A model generated the notes under the pieces. It made no database searches. It was not told the origin of the DNA and was given only the letters and a program-made list of their open reading frames with translations. Shown piece by piece: positions 1 to 10,160 of a stretch of 64,000 bases of DNA. Position numbers and translations under genes: made by a program. This stretch comes from Leptogorgia sarmentosa (lineage: Eukaryota). Location of the stretch: NCBI GenBank assembly GCA_964658305.1, contig OZ210884.1, positions 62,001-126,000 of the forward strand, read 5' to 3'. The stretch's first letter is position 1, and every line of letters starts with the position of its first letter.

Positions 1-531
1 ATGATCGTTAATCATAATTATGATCTTTAATGTGATCGTTAATCATGATCGTTAATCATAATCATGATCGTTAATCATGATCGTTAATCATGATATTTAA
101 TCATAATCATGATCGTTAATCATGACCATGATCGTTAATCATAATCATGATCGTTAATCATGATCGTTAATCATGATCGTTATTGATAATCATGATCGTT
201 ATTGATAATAATGATCGTTAATTATAATCATGATCGTTAATCATAACCATGATCGTCAATGATAATCATGATCGTTAATCATAATCATGATCGTCAATCA
301 TAATCATAATCTTTAATCATAATCATGATCGTCAATCATAATCATGATTGTTAATCATTATCGTTAATCATAATCCTGATCGTTAATCATAATGATGATC
401 GTTAATAAAAATGATGATCGTTAATCATAATTATGATCTTTAATGTGATCGTTAATCATGATCGTTAATCATAATCATGATCGTTAATCATAATCATGAT
501 CGTTAATATGATTGTTAATCATAATTTTTAA
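1..531 (+). repeat. 19-bp satellite (consensus AATCATAATCATGATCGTT, with 13-bp AATCATGATCGTT variants), left flank of the transposon
   Basis: Tandem units read directly. The variant string atgatcgttaatcataattatgatctttaatgtgatcg occurs at both 1 and ~414. Confidence 0.97.
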
Positions 532-551
532 CACAGGACGAAATGCACACC
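532..551 (+). repeat. Left terminal inverted repeat
   Basis: CACAGGACGAAATGCACACC, preceded by the TAA TSD. Confidence 0.88.
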
Positions 552-900
552 TATAATACACTACAAAATGCAGCTTAAAGGCGCATTTTAATGGTGTTTA
601 GTTTCATTTAATGTCGCGATTTAAAGACTTAAAATATGTCTTTATACACCTTTTGTCGTTTACACTAAAGGTGTTAACGGTGTCATTAGCACTCCGGAAC
701 AATATGCTACTAAAGTTTACTAATTTGATCTTTAGCATGGGCATTTAAAGGCTTCTTAAAGTGATGCAAAGCAATATATAATTACCTTTAATTTGCGAGT
801 AATGTTTCAATAATGAGGCATTTAATTCGATTCAATCAGAGTCAATTAAAGATGATTAATAAAGGTATTAAAGATTGAGTAAAGCGATATAAAAGAATAG
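552..900. repeat. Left subterminal region with dispersed (T/C)TAAAG(G)-type motifs in both orientations
   Basis: TTAAAGGCG at 575, CTAAAGGTG at 665, TTAAAGGC at ~745, ACCTTTAA at ~784, TAAAGGTATTAAAG at ~860. Confidence 0.6.
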
Positions 901-1397
901 TTTATTATCTTCATATGTTGGTTAAATTTGGTCTAAAGACAGCTGCTATTCGCTTTCATTTCACAGTATAGGTGCAAAATGCCTAACTAAGTAGCTGTAT
1001 TTGGGCCAACATTATGTTCATAAATATCTAAACAAAAGTGTATTACTACCCGAAAAGAGCAAAGAATGGATTTATAATTCTTAGCTATAGTTAGCCCCCT
1101 TACAAAGATGAAGTGTTCATCATGGCTATGAGGAATCTGAAAGATGAATGTTTAGCATTTGCGTTATCGGCGTACGTTATATAGCTTTGGTTCAAGCAAA
1201 AGATCTCACCAAGTCAACAGTTAGTGCGACATCAAAATATTTATTTTGAAACTCTGATCAATCTTATAAATACACATACTACAATAACTACAATACACGT
1301 TTATAATAAAGTACATTGCGTTTCACCATGCAGTTGCAAGTGGAAATGAATACAACACTTCAGTTAGACATACGGCGAGCTAGCTAGCAACTTTTAA

Positions 1398-1603
1398 AGG
1401 GCCTGTTACACGATGCAATTTTTCTTGCAACTTGCAATGCAATTCCGCTCTTAACAGATGTAAATTAGTGAAGGCTGTTTCATTTGTGAAGAATTCAATA
1501 GGAAAATCTGATAAAGGCTCGTACGTATTTGCCAATTTCACATCTATCAACAGTGGAATTGCGTTGCAAGTTGCAAGAAAAATTGCATGGTGTAACAGGG
1601 CCT
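1398..1603. mobile_element. PIF/Harbinger-like MITE (~206 bp) nested in the large element
   Basis: About 50-bp TIRs (AGGGCCTGTTACACGATGCAATTTTTCTTGCAACTTGCAA... / ...TTGCAAGTTGCAAGAAAAATTGCATGGTGTAACAGGGCCT). TAA TSD at 1395-1397 and 1604-1606. Confidence 0.88.
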
Positions 1604-1934
1604 TAAGTGTGAAGTTTTTATATGACAAGTTCCATTAATTTTCCATTGTGTATGACAATTTCTATTTCCAAATTGCAACGTCATAACCAACAATGCGTCA
1701 TTCGGTCCATACCTTCACTGTTGAGGCTAGCGAATGGAATTTGTCAAATAAAATTGTGACAAAGGCTAAATTTGCCATATAAAAACTTGAAACTGTCTTC
1801 GCTGTTAGTGGCATTAAATAAACACGGCAAAGAACAATGAGTGCGAGTGTTAAAATGTGCTAAACCCCAAGTTGTCCATATGCCCAAGTACTGCTTATAT
1901 GTATCTTCAGAACATATATACTGTACATACAAGC

Positions 1935-4509
1935 TCACCGAGAAACATTAAGGTCCTCTACAATATTGCCTTCATTATTTTGAGCAACACATGCCCAGTC
2001 AGGACAGGTTGGCGGTTTTGATCTTGCTGACGCATCTCCTTCCTGTCTTGGAACAACAATTCTTTTGGATAGACCAGGCAGCGATTCGCTGTGACACATG
2101 TCGAGCTTCCTTTTTGACCGTCGCAACTCTCTGCTCTCCCAGGAAAGTTTCCGTAGTTATAATGCCGCACCTTCTGAGATTCTTCGTCAATTTCGCTCTC
2201 CTCTGACGACATATATTCCATCCGCATGACATCTGCAACCTTCGCCACTCTCTCCTGGCTCCAGTTCATTTTGGCGATAGCTTTCAATCTTCGTGCCAAT
2301 TTCTTTGAGCAAAAAAAAATCTATGCGTAGATCAAGCCTATAGTCTTTTGTGGATATATGGAGACGGAAATTGACGTTTACGAACGTGTCCGAAAATACC
2401 TACGACGTTTGGTACTGTAGTTTAGTTAAGGCCGGTTTACACTGCACAACTTTTGCTTACTGTCGCATGCAATGCGCTTACAACTCAAATTGTACAATGT
2501 AAATTAACCCTACAACTCGCTACGGTAGTTCGATACAACACGAAAAAAGTTGTGGGCTTTTGAAAGCATGCTTTTTTACAACCATCAGAAGAAAAAGTTG
2601 TAAGCAAAAGTTGTATGGTGTAAAGTGTAAACCGACTTTTATAAAATCATTGTACAGTGTCAAGGTCAGTAATAACAAGCCAAGGTCAGAATCAAACTAG
2701 GGTAATTTTGGAGGTTTACAAATTAATATCTTTTTCACTCAACGGACCGGGTATGACTTGCAGAATAAGGGTGGATTGCAGAGGCAAAATAACACATAAA
2801 TAATGATCATTGCAACAAACCTGTTCTTTTCGACTTCTTCGTCTACAAGTCTGGTTGTGTTGTTGATCTTGCCCATTAACTGCTCTCTTTTCCTTCTCTT
2901 TGCAAGACTTGAAATATCTCCTAAAGGCTTCTAAAGTAAAAATAGTAAATATGATGAGTAGTGTTTAGTCACATTTATCAACTCAATATATACGCATGTG
3001 TGATGAACCACTGAGTATAATAACAATAATTTTTGTTTTAGACTATCTTTTGACTAAACTATTGTTATCTTTAGGAATTAATAAATCATAATCATCTCTA
3101 TTTTGAAATATATTGAGTGAATTCCACCTTTGAAATTTTGGAAGTGTCAATTACTTTAATAATCACTTTGTTGGTCAAAAAATCATTCATTTACTCTACC
3201 TTTCAAAATAACAGGTGGCCACGGGCAATTTTCTTGCCCTCCAAATTCATGGTGTAACTCTTCTACCATTCTTCTGAATAGAACAACATTTTGCTCTGAT
3301 TCTGGGCTGTGTAATTTTAAATAAGACAAGAATTTAAGTGGCATAAACTGCATCTTGCAATAGTATACTTGTAAGTTATATGCATCTAGCTTTTAATACA
3401 ATAGAAAGAATTAATGTATTATCTTCCACTGTACATACTGTAATACATAGGACTGATGTAGCCACCTAAATGTATTGCTTATTATCACATGATCATAAAA
3501 TCAAGCCCTTGTAAACAATCTAGTAAGTTTACCTTTCATTCAATCTGAAAGTGAAATTCTCATCAGCAGCTTTGAGAGATTTGAGTTTTCTTCGAACATT
3601 GTTCTAATAAACAAAAAATGTAAAAAACGAATCAATTGACCCTGGTAGTGTTCAAACTGCATATACAAAAATAAAACCTGGTAGATTTCGACCAACCTCA
3701 ATATGTGGCCAGTATAGATAGAAAATAACAAAATCAATAAGTATTGTTTAGGTGGCAAGTAAACCTTTTGCTTCTTATTGATAGATTTTTATAGTATATT
3801 GAGATTTGTTCACAATTCATTAACAAAATGCTATTTCTGAACTAAAGTACATAAATGTTGACTTATAAATGTGACTACAAATTTATAAGTTAAGTTTTCA
3901 AGTCAATTAACATTGATTTCTGATGATCGCAGATCGAAACAATAAATCAAGCTAAACTTATGTGATTCATGAACCCTTGTTTCGAAATGTGTTTCATCCA
4001 TGTTGAGCCTATATAATTATCAAACATAATCAGATCAAACCGCCAAATCCAAAGCCCGTTGTCAAGTGAAATTCAAACGATAGTCTTGCTGAAATTCACG
4101 AATATTCATCTAGATCAGTACTTATAATTCAAAGAAAGACCTCCCACAAGCAGAGGTTCACTGGAATTCCATTTTGAGAGCCATATTAATTTTGGCGCTA
4201 ATATTTAAAATTTGAGTCTAACGGTCAATACTGAATAGTATCAGATACAAAATTACAATGCGGTACAATCATATAATATTCAATGAATGAGTAATGACAG
4301 CAATAAATAGCATAATTCTCTTAGTAACCCGTAATAATTACCCGTAAATTACCCGTAGCCATTTTCTTTGCAGTAGAAATAACTTGAATTGAGGAGGTGC
4401 TTGATTGTTCTTGGCTTCGAACGACGACAATATGTTGGTACAAAGTCTGAATTTCATCGATAAAATTCAAACTGCGCTCAGCAGGATTCTTCCTTCTGTC
4501 ACCTTCCAT
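1935..4509 (-). pseudogene. Five-exon gene for a C14orf93-like (putative transposon accessory/DNA-binding) protein, with one frameshift
   Basis: Phase-compatible GT-AG exons 4509-4342, 3603-3533, 3306-3200, 2930-2821 and 2302-1935. They give ...KKMATGNLR|NNVRRKLKSLKAADENFTFRLNES|PESEQNVVLFRRMVEELHHEFGGQENCPWPPVILKE|AFRRYFKSCKEKEKRAVNG...CRRRSRKEQ|KLARRLKAI...EYMSSEESEIDEE...[1-nt frameshift ~2155]...LRKLSWESRELRRSKRKLD...SARSKPPTCPDWA. The MSSEES...LxWES...LD...PxW pattern resembles the C14orf93-like domain as I recall it. Exon 1 is the least certain. Confidence 0.72.
2429..2638. mobile_element. Harbinger-like MITE (~210 bp) in the last intron of the C14orf93-like gene
   Basis: TIRs AGGCCGGTTTACACTGCACAACTTTTGCTTAC / GTAAGCAAAAGTTGTATGGTGTAAAGTGTAAACCGACTT (7-bp duplication in the right TIR). 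TTA TSD at 2426-2428 and 2639-2641. Confidence 0.75.
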
Positions 4510-4882
4510 CCTAACACTTAGGAGGCCCTACACTGTCACACATAAAAACTACAACAGGTTTTATCGGAAAATATACAAAGCTCCACAGAAATCCGATTTC
4601 ATCTCGTATATAAAGTATTTCAAAACTCAAAGACTGAAAGCCTCATTCCATCTGCGCTATTGTGAAAATAGTGATCAAGCATGCAGACAATGCAAAATTC
4701 CATACTCTCTAGGTAGGGGACAGTTACCCGACCGGAGACCGGTGCTAATTTAAAAAAAACGCGCGCGCGCAAAATAGTCAGGATAGATCATTGGGATAGA
4801 TGTAATGTGGACGTACATTCAAACCTCAAATAATCGAATTCTGTAAGCTTTTGGTGATATTTCTTGTGCAAAGCTGGTTGAA
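4510..4882. promoter_or_regulatory. Putative bidirectional promoter between the divergent C14orf93-like and kinase genes
   Basis: 373 bp between the two predicted ATGs (4509 on minus, 4883 on plus). Contains a (CG)n run flanked by A-tracts at ~4752-4774. Confidence 0.4.
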
Positions 4883-7466
4883 ATGGCGCATTTAAACCAG
4901 TCCTTCCTCACGGCGAGTGGCGCACTTGCTACCAGAGGGATGCGCAGCTTTCTGGATGTATCAAACCCAGTGTCATCAGAAGCTACACAGAATCAATCGA
5001 ATGCTAGACAAAGGCGACTATCAAGACCGAATAATGTAGAGGAACTGCGTCGTAAACGTCGACGACGAAATAAAAAAATTAAAGAGAAAAAACACAGTCT
5101 CCAAAAATGCGAGGCAAAGACGCCTGGAGGACAAGCTAAAGGCTCAAATAATGGGTGAAGTTAAGGCAGCAACTCGCGCCTCTATATCACAGATAGGATC
5201 GCAGGCGGAGTTTTACTGGAGAAAATGGAAGGAGGAAAGACTTTTGCGTAAAATGGATTGTCGTGTGTAAGTGCACATTTATAGTGTTCATTTCTCATAC
5301 TGTGAATGATATATATAATATAATATATACATGTACATGTACAGTAGGTCACTTTTCCTTTTTTAAGTCCATTTTTGTCAATGTGGTTAGCCCCTTCACT
5401 GAAAAATCATTAAAAAAGGCCCAGTACTGCCAAGGTCAGAAACAATTACATGGGACAACTTTCAGGCCAGGGATTGAATTCAGCCCTGTATTGAAAAATT
5501 ACTCATGTACATATCACACATGCTATTTAGTTCAAGGGATTAATCTTGAAGACAGGGCTGAATTTTCTTCTCTGTCAACAGGGCTAAATTTAACTCCAGG
5601 GTTGAAAAATGCTCAATGTAATCAAGTTCTAAGAAAATGAGCTTTTAACAGCAAGACAAATATCGATACAAAATTGTTCTCTTGTTGTTAAAACCTGGTA
5701 ATTATGTTAATTGCTCTTTTAATGGTTGCTTGACACCTGCCCACATATGATTATTAATTTATGGAAATATTCCACTGGCAAACTGCAAAACATTTTGCTG
5801 TTGCAGGTATTAAATGGAGATCATAGCAACTTAATGCTCAACAGACCATCTTGTTTACTTCAAAAAGTTGATAATCTGTTTCTACTTGAGCCTAGAAGCA
5901 TCTGAAAATTATAACTGATTTGCATTTTTCATGTTATACCACACACTGACTTTGTTAATGTTTATATCTTTAAATATACTTAAACACTTTGTTTTTAGAC
6001 ATGAAATTGAAATTGAAAATTTGAAAAAGATAACAGATGTAGACGATAACGTTGGTGAAGGAACATTTGGTATTTGTTCGAAGCAGCATTATAGAGGATT
6101 TATGGTTGCAGTAAAGCAGTATGAAGGTCGAACAAGCAAAAGTGATGTAGAGAAAGAAGCCATGATGATTAATTCATTTGATCACCCAGGTATAAGAGTA
6201 TTTTCTTAATTGTGTTGCATTGCTTCTTATCCCATTAAACCCAAAAGTGGTATTTGCCTTTGTCTGACACCAATCAAATTTTACCAGTCAGTGGCAGAGT
6301 ATTGCTGGTTAATGAATGGGACAACAAGAACAACATACAGTATAATTTATGAACATATGTCAATTCTCACACATATCAGGGTATTTAAGGTTTTGGGAGT
6401 TGGGTGGGAGCTCCCCCCAAATTTTCAAAATCTATTTCTTATTAATACATAATTCTGAGACGACCATAGTTAAAACATTATACTATCAAAAAGAGATAAA
6501 AGAGATTTTAATAAATATAAATCCAGTAACTATAGCAAATACAGATAATAAGTGGTACAAGATTCAGTGAGGTCAGATGCTAACAACACTTGCATGGAGT
6601 TATATTAGGAACAAAAGAATAATTGTTTTATAGAAGCTCACCTTTTAAAACAAACCTGATCTGGGGGGAATGTTGCCCCCCAAAATTTAGCTTTTTTAAG
6701 ATTTGGGTGGGAATATCGAATTTTGGGGGGGAATTGCCTCCCTCCTGCATATGGTAGCCTATAGGGCTGTAGAATATGTGTGTACCGAATATACATATTG
6801 CTTTCATTTAACTTCAATATGTTGCCACTGTAGCTAGGAGCTTAAATATAAAATATAACCGTGTAGTTTACAATTTTATGTTTTTATTATCTTATTAAGG
6901 TTTACCTTTTCTATTTGGAGTCCATATCCAGGCCAAACCATATATACTTGTGACAGAATTTCATGGAATTGATGGGCAGTGTGTCACGATTGGTCATGCA
7001 GCGAAGAACCTGTCTCTAAACATTTTGGAATGGGCAGCTATCCTGGAAAGATGTGCTAATGCTCTTGCTCACATACATGGTAAAGGTTTTGTGCATTGTG
7101 ATATTAAGGATAATAATATTATTTTGCAAAACAGCGTGAGCCTGTGAGCATTCGTGAGCCTGTTATTATTGACTTTGGTAAAATGAAGAGGGCTGGGAAT
7201 ACTAGAATTACAAATTAAATTCGAAGGAGCGAGATCGCTACTTAAAATATTATAAGCACATAGCACCGGAAATAATTTGGGGTAGAAGTGCACCATCTCC
7301 AGCTAGTGAGATATATTCATTTGGTCAAATAATTTCTTTAGTTGTCTATTACACTAAATCGTCACATTTACAGAAAATAACCAAGAAATGTATTAACGGT
7401 ACACCTGAAAGACGCCCTAAAACTGTCGACGTAGCATTAGAGTTGAAAGAAATTCATAGAAATTAA
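4883..7466 (+). pseudogene. Three-exon eukaryotic protein kinase gene (non-RD) with three frameshifts
   Basis: Phase-compatible GT-AG exons 4883-5266, 5999-6189 and 6900-7466. Motifs: GEGTFG, VAVK, KEA (alphaC), DHPGLPFLFGV, HCDIKDNN, IIDFGK, HIAPE, SEIYSFG, PERRP; stop TAA at 7464-7466. Lesions: +1 nt in the A-rich stretch ~5070-5092, an 11-bp insertion at 7135-7145, and -1 nt at ~7205. Confidence 0.9.
5435..5632. mobile_element. Degenerate MITE in kinase intron 1
   Basis: Imperfect inverted repeats ATTACATG...TTTCAGGCCAGGGATTGAATTCAGCCCTGT / ACAGGGCTAAATTTAACTCCAGGGTTGAAA...AATGTAAT. Ends and TSD are unclear. Confidence 0.5.
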
Positions 7467-8576
7467 CCAGGCAAGTGACAAAACTATACCTCACTAATCC
7501 CAAATATGGATCTGGAAGAGGTGTGTTAGATGTGATGTCTTGGTCAAACAAATTTTCTGATACATCAGACCAAATTTCGTCATCACTGCTTTCTTCTTCG
7601 GAAAATTCATTTAAATCATCATCTCGGTCACCGTTACCATTTCCTGAATACGAATCTGAACTATCATCATCATATATAGCCTACATAATCAGTGGAAAAA
7701 AGAAAAACAAATTTAGCGAATAATACACGTTTTTGCATCTTCAAGATATAAGTTAGATGCATTAGATGTAATTTTCGCATGATGCCATAGATGCGCTTAA
7801 AAACATTAATTCCTAACCTTACATTTCATGCTGCAGTATTGTAACAAGAGGAACAATTAGCATAACTGTGTTTGCATGGGAGTTTTATTGCCAATTATTG
7901 TACTTTTACTTTCAGATTTTACTGTGCTTGGCAATGCAAGCATTTATCATCATGCAACTAGTTGTTGAACCCAGACTACCCATTATCTAACCATGCTGGA
8001 TATATGACTTGTAACTGTAAATTCTATATTTTTTATTTTAAAAATTATATTGAATGCTTGAATTTCCTCAGTCCAATCACATGTCCAATACAACAAGGAC
8101 AGTCATACCATTTTAACTTTTCATTTTTATGGTGAATTAATAAATTCAGGCTGAAATTGTGTCACATTGTGACAATATATATTACTAAAGGCATTGTTAC
8201 CTGATAAGCAAATGGATTAATACTTTAACACCATGACTAGATCATGTTCTTTTTACATGCCATTTAATGATACACTGTGCCTATTGTAATGTACATCTTC
8301 TCCTAATGGTTGACCTGATTAATCATAAGGGTTTATTTGCAATAAATGGAACCTCAATTTTAAAATTCAAATAGTGTTCACAAAACCAACTGGTTACATA
8401 AAAAAATGCTACATTGGGCAAATTTGATGTATCTAACAGCATACATATCTAAAAAGAAAACTTATCATGTTTCTGCATTTTGTTTCTATTTTAATTTGCA
8501 AATGCCAATTACACCATCATAATGGTGAACCCCAAGTTATTCTCTCGCACAAACCCCCCTAAGCTTTCTGTCTGTC

Positions 8577-8642
8577 CAAAATTACTTTGATCCCAGTCAT
8601 AGGTCAGGTCAAAATTACTTTGATCCCAGTCATACGTCCAGG
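8577..8642 (+). repeat. Two-copy 33-bp tandem duplication
   Basis: CAAAATTACTTTGATCCCAGTCATA occurs twice, 33 bp apart. Confidence 0.8.
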
Positions 8643-8994
8643 AAACAGAGCTAGCCCAAAAATGTGTTGACATGGCATTTTTGAAGCAACTTGCCAGACT
8701 GGTAACTTTACGCCAGACTGTCATCCATATGGGATGAAATTCTGTAATGATGTTCCCTTTAAAGCGTGCTCACTAGTTTCACATAATGATGGAATTTGGC
8801 ATTGCCAGGATCCTGCACCCCCCCCCCCCCTCCCCCCCCCAGATATCAACAACACTCTATTGCTAACCTAGTTCCCATCCGGATTCCACAGAATAGCTGC
8901 CACAGATTGTTTGCCAGGTTGGCTACACATTGTTAGTCTTTAGATCATCTTTATGTAATTCATTAATGGCATATATCTGTTTGAACAGGATCTG

Positions 8995-9108
8995 GGCCCT
9001 TTCTCGATATATGAGCAACCGAAATAGGTAAGGTCAGATTAGTGGTTTGGGTCAAGGTTATTTACTCTATTTATGTTTCGGTTGCTCATGATATATCGAG
9101 AAAGCGCC
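8995..9108. mobile_element. 114-bp MITE with 8-bp TSD and GGC termini, superfamily uncertain
   Basis: TIRs GGCCCTTTCTCGATATATGAGCAACCGAAA / TTTCGGTTGCTCATGATATATCGAGAAAGCGCC. Direct repeat AGGATCTG at 8987-8994 and 9109-9116. Confidence 0.82.
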
Positions 9109-9809
9109 AGGATCTGAAGCCGATCTCCTACTTCCCCAATCTTTTCAAATATTAATTTCATGGCCATATTTATACATGATAAAAGCTGTACTCACATCAT
9201 CATCTGGGTCTGAAGACAAGTTTGAGCCAAAAGTTGCTTGGTCATGAGTAGTCAGAGTAGATGCATTGCTTTGTACATTGTCTATTATAAAAAACCAAAA
9301 CATTCTGGATGTGAAATGGACAAAAAATAGTACATCAAGTTACGATGTGTAATTAATCAATGTAACCAGCTGGCAGTATATCGATAAGTTTAAACCGCGT
9401 TGAATAAAATATAATTACGCACAGGATAGGACATTACCTTCCAATTTGTCTTCCATTTCATCTTCTGTATCGGACGAAGAATCATTATAAAATCTTCTCT
9501 TTATTTGGCACGATAGTTGTAAAGCCATGTGTCTTCGAAATGTTGTAGCTGAAACACTTTGGTTGCAGTGCTCGCAATTTACATAAGTTCCGCGATTCTT
9601 ATTCATATTGCGGACGGCGTATAATATGTTCCCAATACACCTCGAATTCTTCGAAATTATTGTTAACTTTTCCGAAAACAGCCTGAAATATACACACACA
9701 CACAACTACGAAGTTAGCCCACTAAGCCCAGTGGATTTAAAATAAACACTTTAGTATCAAATCAGTCAAAAGCTGTCATGATGTTTCCCGTTACCATGAC
9801 TACACTGAC

Positions 9810-10160
9810 TATGTCGCCTTTAGCAAAAGGCTATAAATGAGATTAAAGGGCTGTCGGCTTTTCATTTCCTTTCGTTACAACTTAAAGGTGTTTAAATCAA
9901 AGTTATACCTTTAGTCAAGCTTTCAGACAGGCCGTAAACACAATTAAAGCCAATAATGAACTAAAGTCTAGTTTCGCTTCACTTAAATTTCGCACTAAGT
10001 GAGATTAAATTGATAAAAATGCAGAACATTTCTTTTTGAGTGACTAAATGTAACTAAATATAACTAAATGCAAAGATTCAATTTAACCACCTTTAAGCAA
10101 TCTATTAAAGGTGTAAACGCGCCTTTAAGTGTTTGAGTGTATTTATTAAAGCTACTTAAT
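9810..10160. repeat. Right subterminal region with TTAAAGGYG motifs in both orientations
   Basis: CTTAAAGGTG at 9881, CACCTTTAAG at 10088, TTAAAGGTG at 10105, CGCCTTTAAG at 10120 (mirrors CTTAAAGGCG at 574). Confidence 0.65.

Larger units (their letters stand above)
7417..9606 (-). pseudogene. N-terminal fragment of a probable CACTA/EnSpm transposase (CxxC...H motif plus acidic linker), catalytic core absent
   Basis: Phase-compatible exons 9606-9438, 9281-9196 and 7680-7417: MNKNRGTYVNCEHCNQSVSATTFRRH...DSSSDTEDEMEDKLE|DNVQSNAS...SDPDDD|AIYDDDSSDS...EEESSDDEIWSDVSENLFDQD...YLGLVRYSF...F*. It starts near the right TIR and points inward. The CxxC-x3-V-x3-T-x2-RH motif plus acidic tract resembles animal EnSpm transposase N-termini (from memory). 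No DDE domain follows. Confidence 0.55.

Noticed and set aside
532..551. RAG/Transib RSS-like end (CACAG...)
   Set aside because: The sequence is CACAGGA rather than CACAGTG, there is no nonamer, the TSD is 3 bp not 5 bp, and no RAG1-like coding sequence is seen.
1380..1638. Overlapping 82-aa and 68-aa ORFs
   Set aside because: They coincide with a palindromic MITE and show no protein motifs.
5263..5640. 125-aa ORF
   Set aside because: Lies in kinase intron 1 across a degenerate MITE, has a GTG start and no motifs.
5807..5905. Possible extra kinase exon after TTGCAG
   Set aside because: It hits a stop immediately in the required phase and has no convincing donor; exon 1 joins exon 2 in phase without it.
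6376..6750. G/C-run-rich segment that may be an old non-autonomous element, plus ORFs 6210-6570
   Set aside because: No clear TIR pair or TSD could be defined, and the ORFs are intronic with no motifs.
7475..7723. Ser-rich plus-strand ORF
   Set aside because: Antisense shadow of the acidic minus-strand exon starting at 7680.
8817..8840. Poly-C tract as a G-quadruplex regulatory element
   Set aside because: Simple homopolymer in an intron with no supporting context.
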